Shown: positions 48,157 to 62,436, numbered from the stretch's first letter. The stretch: DNA of 64,000 bases from Phaeosaccion multiseriatum (GCA_965112735.1 OZ218950.1:7068001-7132000), one strand, 5' to 3'. The notes: generated by a model not told the origin, from the letters alone. Translations and numbers: made by a program.

Positions 48157-49471
48157 TCATGGGCACCACCACGGCCACCACCCTCCCAGGCACTTCTTCT
48201 GCGGCGTTGTTGTGTCGGCGCTATCGTCCTTTGCGCAGTCCTTGTCGGTCAAGTCATCGAAGAGCAGGCAAGCTGCGCAGTACGCACACACCTTCAAGTC
48301 CTTGCCCGCCTTGGACAGTTTCTGGGAGATGCAGCAAAGGGGGGGGAGTGGGGGGGGGCGTGTACGCGAGAGGGGGAAAGAAGGAGAGATAAGAGAGGGG
48401 GGGGGGGGGGGGATGGGGGGTACAGGAGGACGGAAGAAATCGAGCCACGGAGAAAAGTGGACCCCTCGACTTGGCCTCACGAATTCCCCCCCTCTCCCCG
48501 CCCAAGTCCACTCACCACCTTCTCCCCCTCGAAGCAGGCTTCCCCGTCTGCCTTGGAGTGGTGCGTCTTTCCCAAGCACTTGAGCAGCGCAAGGGAGCTG
48601 GCGTTGGACCAGTCTTGCCCTAGCTGGCCCTGGAGGAGGGGAGTAAAGACAGGGCTGAGTAGAGCGCACGCGATATAAAAAAACAAAGCATGCAATGGAA
48701 GGGGGGGTGGAGTGGGCACACACGGAGTCTTGTATCCACTCTTTACTGTAAGCGGGCACTCTGCGGTGCATGACACAGCCGATCTTCTCCCCGCTACCCA
48801 CCATGTTGCCATTGCACTCCCGCTGGAGGCACGTCTCAATCCGCTCCCCTTGGGTTGGGGCCGCGGTGGGGGCAGGTGTCTCCGCCACAGGGGCTGGGGT
48901 TTCAGGCTCTGAGAAGGAAGTGGTGGTGTACTCGGTCTCCACCGGACCCAGCGTTATAAATGGCGGGATTACAGCTAACAGGTTGAAGAAGAACAAGAGA
49001 GGGAAGGAGAACAAAGCAGGAGGACAACAACAAGCAACTCAGCTTATGCGAGATAGTCGTATTCGCCACTGGCAATGGCGTTACGACCCCCCACCTCCAA
49101 CCTGAAGGGGCTGGGGCAGGCGTCTCCTCCGGCTCCGGCGTCTCCTCCGGGGGAGAGTTGTCCGAAGATGTGTCTGTGGCTGTGAGGGACGAATCGCTCT
49201 CGCTCTGCTCCTTCAGCTCCACCTGCCTCATGGCCTCTTCGAGAGGCGCGGCGGCGGCACTGCCTGTGTAGCTGTACATGACCGAGCTCAACAGAGAGGC
49301 CAGCACAAGGCCGAGCAGCAAGGCGATGCGAAGCCTCCGTGGCCTTGCTTGCTGGAGCCCTTCCTCCTCCCGGTCCTCTCCAAGGTGGAGATGCTGTTCC
49401 TCAGAATCAAAGGGGGAGATGCTGCCATAGACGCTGCAGTTGCGAGGGTTGGGGCACAAAGGATTTGCCAT
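48157..49471 (-). CDS. Type II membrane protein with (E/P/T) stalk and Cys-rich ectodomain
   Basis: Four putative exons. N-terminal YGSI motif, TM IALLLGLVLASLLSSVMY, ETPAP repeats, then ~10 Cys, ending CLGGWWPWWCP. Confidence 0.6.
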
Positions 49472-50283
49472 CTTCGAAGAGTAGATTTGTGCGCGGCAAG
49501 ACAAAAGTGGAATGTTGGCACGATTGGGTGTTTCTCCCCCCCCCCCCCCAATTTCCCGCATTCGAACTCCTCCACTACTCCACTCCTCCGCCCTCCACCT
49601 CCACTCCATTCACTGCCTGGGAGGGGGGGCTTGCGGGATCCTAGGCGTACCTCGTACTAACAGTAGCAGCCGTAGTAGCTGTACTAGCCCCCGCACATTG
49701 CAGCACACGTTTTTTATATATATATTCGTCCCAAACAAAAATAAAGGAGGCTCTCTTCGGTGAAGACAGAGCATCTTCGCCTTTCAAGAGAGGCGAGGCT
49801 CTGTAGCCTCTTCAAATAAATAAACATGTAAAACATACACTGTAAAAAAACAAACAACAAAATCCGCGCACACAAAACTCACTCGCCCCAACCCACGCCA
49901 TTGCCATCTCAAGCAAGCAAGCAAATCGTTCGCTCGCTCTGCCTTGGGCCTGGTGGCCTACTGGCTGGACAGCTAGCCCAAGGGTGGTAGAATCGTGTAG
50001 ACACCTAACCCCTGCCCCTTGCCAGTACACAGCTGCTCCCGACACCTGTTATTCAGCCGGTCTCTGTCAACCCTTCATTGGGTGCTGCTAGTCCCGAGTA
50101 CCATGGGAGGATACCGCGCGTCCTAAGCGGTCCTGAGTGAGCAGCTGGTGATGCTGCTGCTGCTGCTGCCCTGAAGGGGCAGGCGCACTGATGGGTGGCG
50201 AGCAAGGTCGACAGGCTCAGGCGGGCGGCTCAAGGCTTCTGCCCTGCCGGCCGATACCTAAGCTCCCAGCCACCCCTTCGGTC

Positions 50284-50791
50284 TCAGACGATCTCTCCGC
50301 TTTCGCCTTCTGACGTCCGCCCCCAACTTCTCCGCTTGTGCCGCGCGACAGCGTTGTCGCGCCCTCTCGCCTTTCCCTCGGCATCCACCATGGCTTCCTT
50401 CCACCACTTGCTCTCCTCAAGCAAGGGCACCTCCCTTTCTTTCCGCGTTGCTGGGAGGTGAGAGGCCAGGTTGCTGTCCTCCCGACGCTTGGCCTTTCCA
50501 CTCGAGCTTCTTCTGCTCGAGCGTTTTGGCGCTCGCTCCTCCTCGGAACGACGCTTGGCCTTTCCACTCGAGCTTCTTCTGCTCGAGCGTTTTGGCGCTC
50601 GCTCCTCGGAACGACGCTTGTCCTTTCCACTCGAGCTTCTTCTTTTCGAGCATTTTGGCGCTCGCTTCTCCTCCTCCGGCGGCTTCTCCTCCTCCGCTCG
50701 CACCAGCACCACATCCTCCTTCTCCTCCTCCTCCTCCTCCCCCTCCCCCTCCTCCTCCTCCTCCTCCTCCTCCTCCTCCTCCTCCTCCTCC

Positions 50792-50825
<34 letters not shown>

Positions 50826-51905
50826 TCTCATCTTCCTCACCCACACCCTCACCCTCCTCCTCCTCCTCCGCATCGACCTCGACCTCCCCCTCCTTCTCCG
50901 GCTCCTCCTCCTCTTCCTCCGCCTCCTCTCCACAGCTCCCATTCCCGGCCGCTCCACAGGCCTCTAGCGCAGGTCTTGTCCCTCCCAGCCGAGGGATTCT
51001 CGGGGGGGGCTCCTCCTCCTCCTGCTCCTCTTGTTCTGCGAGCCGAGGGATTCTCGGGGGGGGGTCCTCCTCCTCATGCTCCTCTTCTTCTGCTTCCCCT
51101 GATGCAGCTTCCTCCTGCTTCTTCTCCTGCTCATCCACCTCCTCCTGCTCTTCATCCTCCTCCTCGTCCTCCTGCTCCTCCTGCTCCTCCTCTTCCTCTT
51201 CCACCACCACCTCCTCTCCCTCTGCCTCCGCCGATGCAGCTTCCTCTCCCGCTCCCGCCTGCTCGTTGAGCCGACGATGTCTACCGTCCGCACCCTCCCG
51301 GGGAGCACCTCTTAATCCCCCCTCTTCCCCTTCCTCCGGCCACAGCTCACCCTCCGCCGTACTCGAATCGCTGCTGGAGGGGTTTGTGAGTATGCTGGTG
51401 CGCCTTGACATGTCGCTGCTGCCGCTTCTGCTGCGGCTCACGCCTGTGCTGCTGCTGCTGCTGCTACTACTCTTCGCAGGGGACGTGAAGGCCGAGGAGA
51501 GAGAGACGTCGGCGGTACTGGTGGGGGTGCTGACATCTCCAGAGCAATCTTGCTTTAATATGTGAAGAGGGGCCATTGAGACCGAGAGTCCGACGGAAGC
51601 TTTTGCAGCACTGCCAGCAGTGCTCTTGACATGGGCAAAGGCTTGGTGCCGGGATTGGGCGGCAGCAGTTCCCAAGGCACGTTGTCTCCGTGGTTGCATC
51701 CCGTCCTGCGGTGGCTTCCCTGCGTCACCCCACACTTGGTCAATGTCGCCGCCAAAGCTGACATCGTCACGGAAGCAACCTCCTGCTGGCGGCTCTCCCG
51801 CGTCAATCTCTGCTCGTCTCCCCCCCAAAAGTCTACGAAAGCTTCTCCCCATGCTCCCCGCCCGACTCAAACGCACGGCGCCTGCGTCAAGGGTTTCTCC
51901 CTTCT
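50284..51905 (-). CDS. Hypothetical acidic low-complexity protein (last exon; upstream exon probable ~52220-52400)
   Basis: Long open frame with poly-E/D tracts and three ~60-bp tandem repeats (ERAPKRSSRRSSSGKAKRRSE) at ~50478-50670. Confidence 0.5.
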
Positions 51906-51985
51906 GCTGGGCTGTTGCTCCCAAAGGAAAGGTTTCAGGTGAAAGGTGAGAGGCGGACGAAGAACGTTTGGGGCAGACAGAGTTA

Positions 51986-52032
<47 letters not shown>

Positions 52033-52963
52033 CAAGAGTGACAGCGAACTAAACGGTATATGGGACTACATGCGGGGGCGGGCGTAAACTGTCCACCGCC
52101 ACACTCGGCACTTCGTCGCCCCCCTGTTGCGTGGCGTGGAGGGAGAGGTGCCCCACCATACCCACGACCACGCACCAACAGCCACGCAAGACATCCTGCG
52201 TCGTGCGTAGGTGACTCACCGGAAGCAGCGCCCAGACGATAGTATCCAAAGAGGCTGTCTCCCTGAGTGGTAGTAGTGCAGGGCTCTGGCAATGCCTCGA
52301 AGGAATCAATCCCGTGGATTGGGCTGATGCTGTGGTGGCATTCCTAAGGTGCCGAGAAGAAGCAGAGGGAAGGCCTGGAGTGACGCTAATATGCAGCAAG
52401 CATGAACAGAGACTGGGTACCTAAGCAGACAACTCTGCTGATGTGGTTGCGCGTGCTGCAGGCATCCGCCGGATGTGGATGTGAAAGGCAAAGTAAATAT
52501 TTGAAGCATCGCCTCTTTGCCGCCTTTTTGCGAGATTGGCGGGCGCGATTTGTCCCGAATTCGCCAACCGTCTTCGGAGGGACACACGGGGCAAAGCCAT
52601 TCCTTGCCCTTCATTCGGCCTTGTCACAAAGAGGGAAAGAAACTATTTTTTTTAATCTCTCCTCCGCCTATTTGGGGTATCGTTGTCTTATACTGTGCCA
52701 CTGTGCCGAGGTAAGCCTGTCTGTGGTGATCGATTTGTATAGGTCTTCTGGGGGGTTGAGGTGCTATCTGCTCTGCCTGCAGAGGGAAACCGACGACGTT
52801 GTATACGCTCGAGGCAAGGTAGGGTGCCCCGTCTCGCTTCTCGCGGCCTCTTCACGCCCCCCTCTCCCGCCGTACTTGGCAATGCAATCGAAGTAGTGAT
52901 GCAAGGCCAAGAGAGGGGGGGGCAAGGGGGGAAGGCCGGGCCGCCGTCTAAGGCCTCTTCAGC

Positions 52964-54460
52964 GTCTCATTCCCTTTGCAGCCTTCTGCTTGGCTGATTC
53001 CAGCGCGGCTGCTCGCAAGATGAAGGCGTCCTCATCGTCCTCGGCCTCAGCTCTCTCCTCGGCCTTTTGCTGCGCCGCGTTGACAGAGGGGTGGGAGGGT
53101 TGGGTGATACAAAGCACATTGGCGATACACTTAGTCAGTGGGACGCCGGGTGGGCGGGTGGGGTGAGCACTTCGCGCCTGCGGGGACCTCTCTAGAGTCT
53201 CGCAACTGCTGCACGAGAGGGAACATCAACCGCTCTACTCCCGGCAGACAGACACACAGACAGACAGAGAGAGAGACAGACAGAACGGCACCTGCCTACC
53301 TTCTTGCTCTTCTTCTTGCTGATGCCGTTGCTGCCCCCCCCTGCAGCTGCGGCTGCTTCTGCCTCCCGCTTGGCCGCATCGCGCTGCTCCCGCTCGAGCT
53401 GCTGCTTGTCAGCCATAGCCTTGGCCTCCTCCCTGAGGCGCTTCTCCTCCTTGCCCCTGGCCTTGCTGGCCTTCCTGTCGGCCAGCGACTTTTCCCTATC
53501 CTCCTGTTGGCGCAGACGCATGCAAGCAAGACCATATCAAAAGAGGCACGCACCACCAGAGGGAAGGGAAAGGTCAGTTCGACAAGATGGGAGGAAGACG
53601 GTGAGACGTCAGCGAAAGCAGCAGCCGCTCTTGCTGCTCTCTTTTGTCCGTCAAGCTCTCCTCCTCCGTTTTTAAGCACCGCGATGCCTTTCGGGTCCCA
53701 GGATGTACAGGCCAGACACGAAGCTTCTGTAGCTTGGCTCAGCTTCCACCAAAAGCTTCCAAAAGCACCACGGAGGAGGGAGAGGGTTGGCGTGCGTGCC
53801 ATCCACGCTAGCCCTCCCCTCCCTCCTCCCTCCCCACCCCCACCCTTCACCCTGCCCCTTCAGGCCGAACCTCAATCTGCCATGCTGGACTTTGCTCTGC
53901 CCCCTGGCTCCTCACCGCCCACCCCGGACCCCTCACACATTGATGTGCCCCACAAACCGACTCGGATTTCTTCTGATCCTCTTCCGAGCACCGGGAACGA
54001 GACGAAGGCTCTGTGGTATACAACTCAGCACGGCGCTGCTACCGTGGGGCACACAGTCTGGGAAGCAGCGTCTTGTGCTTCCCTTCCCTTCTGTCATATA
54101 ACAGTTTCCGCTGCTTGGATCGACGAGAGGTACCCTCCGCCACTCTGCCCATACGACGTCGTACTGGCTTTTTGCGCAGCAAGCACACTCCCTGCGAGCC
54201 CCTTCTGGTGCTGCTGCTGGAAGGCCGGGCTGCTTCAGCTGCCTGCCGCATCCCGCTCTTATCCTCGTCACTCAGTTAAAGAGCTGTACATGCTCCACCT
54301 ACCTTCTCCGTTTCCTCGGCGATCAGGAAGCTCGCCGTCTTGTCGGCCTTCTTGGACTGCGACTCCTGCCTCTGGTCGCTGTTGAGCAAGTACCATGACA
54401 GCCCCGCTAGACCTATTATTGCCGCGATGAGTGCCGGGAGCGGGAGGTTGTCGTAGCAAA
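52964..54460 (-). CDS. Probable multi-exon membrane-anchored protein with Lys/Glu-rich C-terminus; structure unresolved
   Basis: TM-like exon LPALIAAIIGLAGLSWYLL (54460-54302) and coiled-coil exons at ~53520-53300 and ~53075-52964. Confidence 0.35.
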
Positions 54461-55173
54461 TCTGTCCACAGTGCGATTCATCGGCGGCAGCAGAGCAGCA
54501 GCGGTAAGCACCGGGAGGCGAGGGCGAGGGGAAGAGAGAGAGAGGGCAGTGCCAAAAAGACCTCCTCAGATCGGAGACTGTGGAACACCAATGGTTTCGC
54601 TCGCGACAAGAGAAAAAGGCAGAGACGAGAGCAGAGGCGTACTCGCAGAGCCCCACCAGAGGGCCATCCAACCTAGGCGACAGCCATCCACGTGTACAGG
54701 ACGCTCCACTCAAGGGCCCGAGGGAGGGCAAAAGGCCTGAGCTGAAAGTGACCGCCCTGCGGCCCTCTTCGTCGCCGCCCCCTCACGCTGCGGGCGAAAG
54801 CGAGCATATCCTTCCATGTCAATGCCCTGGCCCTTCTATCTCCACGCCTCCCCCCTCTTCGTCCCGACCGGTTGTGTTCCCTCAATCTTTCTCTCCCCTC
54901 CCCTCGTCTCTTCTTTCCTCCTCCCGCCCCTTCAGCCCGCTCACCTTCAACACGACGAGACCCACGAGCAAGGCGATCAAAAATGAATACTCGGCCGCTG
55001 CCTTTCCAAAGGCCATGATGATGAACTCTTTTATTTGTGGAACCATATATGGCCCCCGTCAAAGCACCCTTACGTAAGGTCTAAGGTCATTACTTTTAGG
55101 AAATGGCTGTTTCGACCGAGAGGGTGTTGAGCCAGGGCGAGAAGAGCAAGGCTCCTGGGTACCGGCTGTATGC

Positions 55174-57673
55174 ATGGAGGAGTGCACGACATGCACATGC
55201 TCCGGAGACAACAGCAGTGATGAGGGAAAGAGCGGCAAGAGATCAGAGCTCAAGGAAGAGGAGGAAGGCGAACAGGAGGGAGGAGAAGGGGGGAGAAACC
55301 CCCCCCCCCCCCCCCCGAAGGATACACTTCTGGAGGGGGCTACAGGTGAGGAGGAAGAGGAGCAAGAAGCCGACGGGGGGTGTCTAGAGCGGCAGGAGAC
55401 ACAGCACGACGTGGAGGTGCATCCTGCCTTGCAGCAACAGCAGCCCCGGCCTTTCCACCGCATGGGGGAGGCTGCTCTTCTGGACCCCGTGAGTCCAGCA
55501 TCCTCCCCTGGCGCGCCAGAGAAAGGCGGTGAGGAGGAGCTGTACCACAGAAGGGAGGAGATGGCAACCGCGGCGGCGGCAGCAGCGGCAGCAGGAATGG
55601 CCGCTGCAGAGGTGTACGCGTCGTCCCCTCTGTCGGCAGGAGTGGCGGCCCCACAGAGCCCGTTCGCGGACATTGACTTGGCGGGCCTCGCCCACCGAGT
55701 GGATCGCCTGACGGAGACTCTCGACAATCACCGGGCCTTTGATGCTGGCGACCACGAGCACAGCTTCTTGCACGGCTCCCCGCAGTACTCTTCCTCCTCG
55801 AGGACAGGAGCAGCGCAAGCACTCGCCGCGGAGTCCCGCCACCCCTTCGCGCAGCAGCAGCGGGAGGGCCAGGAGCAGGGGCAGAAGCAAGAGGAGCCGG
55901 GGCAGGGGCAGGAGCAGTACCAGCCCGAGTCGCAGCACTCTCCCTTCAGGTCGCCCCAGGAGGGTCGTGGAGCGTATGAACGAGAGGGAGCGGCGGATAT
56001 GCCGCAACCGCCGCCTTCACCATCACGAGGAGTGGCCACGGCAGCAGCCGTAGCAGCGGCAGCAGCAGCGGCAGCAACGGTCGCCCTCGAAAGCGAGCGG
56101 CATCTATACAGAGAGCAGCTCAGCGGCGGAAGCGCTGACCATACCGGGTTGGGGGATCAGGTCTTCGTCAACAACCTTGCCACCCCCCCGAGCAGAGGGG
56201 GCAGCCCCCTCAGCAACCAAAGAGCCTTTACATACGGCGGCGACGCGGTCCCCTTATTCTCCGCGGGTGGAGAAGGAGGAGGGGCGGGGGGAGGGGATGG
56301 GGATGGACTGGGTAAGGCGAGGACGTACTCGCGAGGGCAGAGCGAGGAGGAGGAGCTGGGGGAGCTTGAGGCAATCAAGGCCTCCGTGCACAGGCTGAGG
56401 CAACAGCGCCTCGCCGTCGAGAGACTCAAGGCCAAGGCCGGGCAGCGAGAACTCGCTATTCAGCAGCTCGCGTCCGCGCACAGGTGAGCTGAAACAGCGC
56501 ACCGCCCTTTCATTAGAAACGGCCGTCTTGAATTAGGCCCTTCTTCCCCTTCTTGACCTCCCCTTGTGCGTGCTTGCTGGTTTGCTAGTTTGCTGGCTAG
56601 CTTGCTGGTATACTTCCTTGCCTGCTTGCTCTCGCTTGTCTGCTCTCGCTTGTTTGCCTGCTCGCTCCTGGTTGATACTTCCTCGCAACGTCCCCGTGTG
56701 TAACTGTCCCTTCCTCCTGCTCTGCCATGCACTGCCATACAGCAAAGTACAGGAGCTGGAGGGCTGTCGGGCGCAGGCGCAGCACTGGGAGCGGCGCTGC
56801 GATCGGATGGAGGCCAAGCTGCGATCAGAGCGGACGCAGAGGGAGGCCCAAGTCACGCAAATGAGGGCCATGGCCTCCAAAGTGGAGCAGGACAACGAAT
56901 CGCTGCGGGAACAGCTGAGGCTGCAGTATGCCCAGTCCGAGGCCAGCAGAAGGCAACAGACGTTAGAGATGGACGCCCTTCGCCGCGCCTTGCACGAGTC
57001 GAAAGCGGCCACGGACAAATCGTGGCGGAATGTGGAGGCGAAGATGCAGCAGCAGCAGCGGGAGGCAGACAAGCTTCAGCGCGAGAAGGAGGACCTGCTC
57101 TTTCGGAACGGCGAGCTCGAGGAGAGGGCTTCCGAGCTGGAGTCCGTGGTGGGTAAGCAGCGCTTGGTGCTGCAGGCCAGAGAGCAGGCGCTGCATGACG
57201 TTGGGGCCAAGCTGAGGCAGAGCGACGAGGAGAGGGCGGAGTTGCACCGGACGGTGGCAGAGCTCAGGGAGGTTGCAGGCAAGGCGCACGAGAAGGCGAG
57301 GAGCGAGAGCGGCCAGGTGCGTGCTCAGGCACAGCGGCTCAAGGTGGAGGTGAAGGGGCTAAACACAGAGCTGGAGGACGTAAGGAGGGAGGCCGAGACG
57401 ATGCGGCAAGTGTGTCGGAGCAAGGAGGAGCATCTGAGCCGGTATCGGGAGGAGGTGAGGGGTATTCAGCTCAAGATTCAGCAGTACCAGGACGGCCTGG
57501 GCAGACGGACTCTGACGGAGAAACGGCTGCGGGAGAGCGAGGAGGAGATTGTGCGGTTGAGCGTCCTGCTGGAGAAGGAGCGGAGAGAGAGGAACGAGTG
57601 GGCCAAGGCCAGGGTGGACCTCCTTGCGCAGTTCTGCAGAGAGGAGCACAAACTGGAGAACGTCATGCTGTAG
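55174..57673 (+). CDS. Hypothetical coiled-coil protein
   Basis: Two exons (~55174-56483, 56744-57673). The second exon is a continuous heptad-rich coiled coil. Confidence 0.7.
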
Positions 57674-58500
57674 GAGGATGGATGGATGGATGGATGGGTG
57701 GGTGGGTGGGTGGGGGTGGCCAGGGGGCCCTCGAAGGCACTCAATGGCGCAGCAGCAGCAGCAGCAGCAGCAGGAAGAGGAGGAAGGTTAGGAGTAGGGG
57801 CTTGTCTTGAGCGAGAGAGGAGTATAGAGAAAAGGCCCCAGAGATGGGGAGGAAGGCCGTTTGTGACAAGCTCGCAGGCTGCTTTGCTTGCTGCATACCC
57901 CACACGCTTTTGAGCGTGCCCCAGACATTTCTCTTGTGTGTGTCCTCAAGCCTTCAACGGAGTGCCTCCCAAGCCCCCGGCCTGTTCAAGTGTGTAGAGA
58001 GGGATGAGGAGGACAGGGGGGGGATATGGGGGCGGGCCGTGAATGGGGCTGTGCAGTTGTAAGACTGCCGTACAATCAAGTCATTCAAGGGCGGGTGCGC
58101 ATGAGTCATCGAGTGCACAAGAGACCAAGTCGAGCGGCTCACTCTGATGGAGCCTGCCCCTGTCTCGGTATTCTCGCTCGTCCCGTGGCCCTCTACGCCT
58201 CAACCCCTGAGCCCTCTCTGTCTCTGCTTTGTTGTGCACGTTGAATCTTGGCATCCACACCACCACTCCTCCACTTTCTCATAGCGAAAGCTTTTCCTTT
58301 TGGTGCCATCCTGCCTAATAGTAAAAATTAACGACTCTGGCCCCTCCTTCGCCTCCCTCTCTCTCTCCCCTTCTCCACCCTCTCTTGCCTTCTCATTCTT
58401 CTGATTGGCTCCACATATGCGTAGTCAATCAGTTGCCCTTCTGAAGTGATTTAAGTCACCCTGTGGTCATTTAAAACAAGGGAAGGAGGGCAGAGCAAAG

Positions 58501-61500
58501 ATGGCGTCGGTAGAGGGCTTGGCGACCTGGCTGAAACTCAAGTCCCTCTCTCAGCAGGACGCCGAGCAGGCCATGGAGGAGATGGTCATGAAGAGGGGCG
58601 CCGAAGAAGTAGGCAGGGCGCACTACATTCGAGAGAACGGGGGAGGAGAGCTGGGCGTGGTTCAGCAGAAACAGTTGAGTGGCAGCTGAGTGCGAATGTT
58701 TCTTTCCCTCTTCTCAAACCTCTCCGTACTTGCTTGTGCTTGCATCGCCGCATTCTCCCCGTCCACCTCTCTCTGCTCCTTGCATGGGCAGTCCGCCGCC
58801 CCACCACCCTGTGTTCTGGCCGGAGATGAGCGCCCACCACGCAGCGGGCCTCGTGCAGCAGCGCCTCTTGTCCCGTGCCTACGAAGAGAAGCAGTGGCAG
58901 CGGAAGGCGGAGCGGGATATTCTGCAGAAAGAGAGGGCAAAGGCCAAAATGCTCGCAGATGAAGAGGCCAAAAGGCTTGCAGATGCAGCAGCAGAAGCAG
59001 CCACAGCGGCCCGGGGAGAAGACGGCGGGATCGGTGCGAGTAGAGGGGAGAGCAGAGAGGACAGGGCGGCGAAAGCTGGAGAGCAAGGTGAGGATACAGA
59101 AGATGGAGGGGAGGAGGCACAACCACCACTACTACCACCAGCAGCAGCAGCTGCTGCAGCTGCACTAGCGGGGGGGGCGGTCTCTTGCAAGCAGTCCATG
59201 GCCAAGGCTGCACAGCAGCAGGAGGATGAGCAAGACGCTCCCTGCTACGATACCTTCGGCTGTCAGGACCTTCGTGTCAATCGGAAGCTTCTGCAGAGCA
59301 TCAGGGGCGGCCACTTGCAGAGCATCCGGGACCTCTTGCCCTCAGGTGGGTGGGGGAAAGGCATGGGGAGGGGGGGGGAGGGGAAGAGAGGGGAGGGGAG
59401 GGGAGGGGAGGGTAGCTATCGCTCCGAGCTTTGAAGCAAGAGGGAGGGGACGCAAGTAGGAGGGAAAGGTGGGAGGTTCCCGGGGTTGCCGCAAGAATCG
59501 ATCCTGCGATCCTTGCTTGGCGTGATTGGGTGTGCGAGTCAGGGGTATAGGCCCAAGCCTGCGTGCGTGAGTGCCTGTGCATATCAATGCTTCACTCCGT
59601 AGTGGTTGTATGGCGGTGCTTTGTCTTTGAGTTGGTAAGAGGAGAGTGCGTCGTCGTCTGAGTCTGAGTCGCAGCGACACAACTCGACGCTTGAAAGTAT
59701 ATTCTTATTCCGTACTCCAAACCTCCCCTCTTCCACTCCTCCCTCTTCCTCTCTCCTGTGTGAATACTCTCCTTCCTCATCGCACCTCATACCTCCCCAT
59801 GCAACACTCGCCACGACCGAATCGACCACACCCCAGCCCAAGTGCTTGAGCTCGGTGCCGACGCCCTCCTCGCCGGACTGCGCGGCGACAATCCTTCCGT
59901 GGTGAGAGCCCTCCTCGAGAGCGGTCAGCAAGCCGACGCGCAGCTGCACTGCAGAGTGGCGCAGTGGTGCGGCGGCGGCGGTGGCGACGGGGGGGGGGAG
60001 GCGGGGCAGCAAGAACAGGGGCAAGGGTTGTCTGCTGCTGCTATGGATGCTTGTGCTGCCCTTGCACATACACCACTTGCACTTGTAACGCCTTCCCCCA
60101 GTATGTCACCGAAGAGGGGGTTGGGGAGGAACCTGTATCTGCTCCACGTGGCGGTGTTTCGAGGCTGCCCCGAGGTGGTGGGGGAGATGTTGAGCTTTCT
60201 CAGGGACAACTTGCACAGCGAAGAGGTATTCAAGGAACTGCTCAACGTGAGGAATCATAGAGGGGATACGCCGCTCCACGTGGCCTGCCGGGGCCCAGCG
60301 ATCCGAAGCAGTGGGAGCTATGGAGGAGGAGGAGGAGGAGAAGGAGGAGGAGGAGGAGGAGGAGGAGGAGGAGGAGGAGGAGGAGGAGGAGGAGGAGGTG
60401 GTGGAGGAGGAGGAGGAGGAGGAGGAGGAGGAGGAGGAGCAGGAGGAGCAGGAGGAGGAGGAGGAGGAGGAGCAGGAGGAGGAGGAGGAGGAGGAGGAGG
60501 AGCAGGAGGAGGAGCAGGAGGAGGAGGAGTAGGAGGAGGAGGAGGAGGAGGAGGAGGAGGAGGAGGAGGAGGAGGAGGAGGAGGAGGAGGAGGCGGAGGA
60601 GGAGGAGGAGCTTTCCCGGGGGGCACGCGTAACAGCAAGCACGCAAGAAGCAGCAGGGACAGGTACATCTCCGGCAAGTTTCGGAGAGATTTCCGAGTTG
60701 TGACGAAGATGCTCCTTGGCGAGGGGGCGGACTTGGGAATGTGCGGTGCGAGGGAGGACACGCCTCTACATTGTGCGTGTCGAAACGGAGACTATCGCCT
60801 TGTCGCAACACTGCTCAAGGCCTTAATGGCCGGAGCAGAGGTGGCGGGGGGGCAGCAGCAGCGGGGGGAGAAGAAGAAGAAGAAGAAGGAGGAGGAGGAG
60901 GAGAGGGAGCAGGAGGAGGAGCAGCAGAAGGGGGAGGAGGAGGAGGAGGAGGAGGAGGAGGAGGAGGAGGAGGAGGAGGAGGAGGAGGAGGAGGAGGAGG
61001 AGGAGGAGGAGGAGGAGGAGGAGGAGGAGGAGGAGGAGGATGAGGAGGAGGAGGAGGTGGAGGAGGTGGAGGAGGTGGAGGAAAGGGAGGACCTTACTCG
61101 AGGCAGTGGAAGGAGCAGCACCAGTGGCAACCCTGGCTCTAGAGGCGGCTCGGCAGCCGTGCCGGATATGAGCAAGAGAGATGGGCGCCCCTCTGCGGCG
61201 ATTGCGAGGGTGTTGACGGCAGCGGAGATGACCAACTGCGACGGCCTGACCCCCTTGGAGAGGGTCCCGCAAGAAGGTGGGACGCTGCTTGTTGTTGATC
61301 TCATTTTTATCTCGTGAGAGTCGTCATTCATGTACTTCTTGACCGATTGCCTCATGAATGCCTCGGGTGTGAAGCCGTGCAGACCCCTTCTTTTGCACGA
61401 GTACGACTTGTAACTCTGTTTCCTCCTCCTCCTCCTCCTCCTCCTCCTCCTCCTCCTCCTCCTCCTCCTCCTCCTCCTCCTCCTCCTCCTCCTCCTCCTC

Positions 61501-61920
61501 CTCCTCCTCCTCCTCCTCCTCCTCCTCCTCCTCCTCCTCCTCCTCCTCCTCCTCCTCCTCCTCCTCCTCCTCCTCCTCCTCCTCCTCCTCCTCCTCCTCC
61601 TCCTCCTCCTCCTCCTCCTCCTCCTCCTCCTCCTCCTCCTCCTCCTTTTCCTCCTCCTCCTCCTCCTCCTCCTCCTCCTCCCCCTCCCCCTCGCAGAGCC
61701 CACTCTAAGCGCCGTTCGAAGCGTGTTCGCCGAAGTACTGGGCAGCGCTTCCTTCCACGCTCTGGAGCTAACCATCCAGCGGAACCACGTCGAGGCCCAG
61801 AAAAAACACAGCTGTGAGTAAGTGTGTGAGTGTGTGAGTGCGGGAGTGTGTGAGTGCGTGAGGGAGTGTGTGAGTGTGTGAGTGCGTAGCAGTGGGTATG
61901 TCCTCCCGGGTTGTGTGTGC

Positions 61921-61956
<36 letters not shown>

Positions 61957-62436
61957 CCAAGGTGTACCGAACAACGCCCGTGAAGAGCCACGACCCCTCG
62001 ACCCCTCGATGTCTCGCCACACGCAGCACCCCTAGTAGTGCCGGTCTCCCGCGTTAGTGTCACTCTCCTCCCCTTGTGACTGACCATACCGCGACCTGCA
62101 ACCACCCTCCGCCTCCCTCCCTCCCTCCCTCCCACCCACCACCCCTCCCTCCCTCCCCCTCTCTCTCTCTCTCTCCCTCCCTCCCTCGCTCCCTCCTTCC
62201 CTCCTTCCTCCCTCCCTACAGACTGCCGAAAGTGTAAGCGGGCAGTCGTCAGCTGTGACTCTCTCAAGACGACTAACTACCCCCTGTGGCTGCACCGCCA
62301 CGGCAAGCGCCCCCGAGGGGAGGACGGCAAAGCGGTGCCTGTGCGCCCCTCCAAAGTGGAGGTGCATGCATGGGCCAGGCTGACGCGCGAGTCCCCAACC
62401 CCCGTCAAGTTCAAGAATGTGTACGAGCTGCCCTGA
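58501..62436 (+). CDS. Ankyrin-repeat protein with poly-Gly and poly-Glu insertions
   Basis: About five exons. Ankyrin motifs LLHVAVFRGCPEVV, RNHRGDTPLHVACRG, EDTPLHCACRNGDYRLVATLL and NCDGLTPL. Last exon ends NVYELP* at 62436. Confidence 0.8.
61421..61680. repeat. (CCT)n microsatellite in an ankyrin-gene intron
   Basis: About 260 bp near-perfect trinucleotide run directly upstream of the acceptor at ~61696. Confidence 0.95.

Noticed and set aside
53138-54385. 415-aa plus-strand ORF
   Set aside because: No domain signal. Splice signals and composition favour a minus-strand gene.
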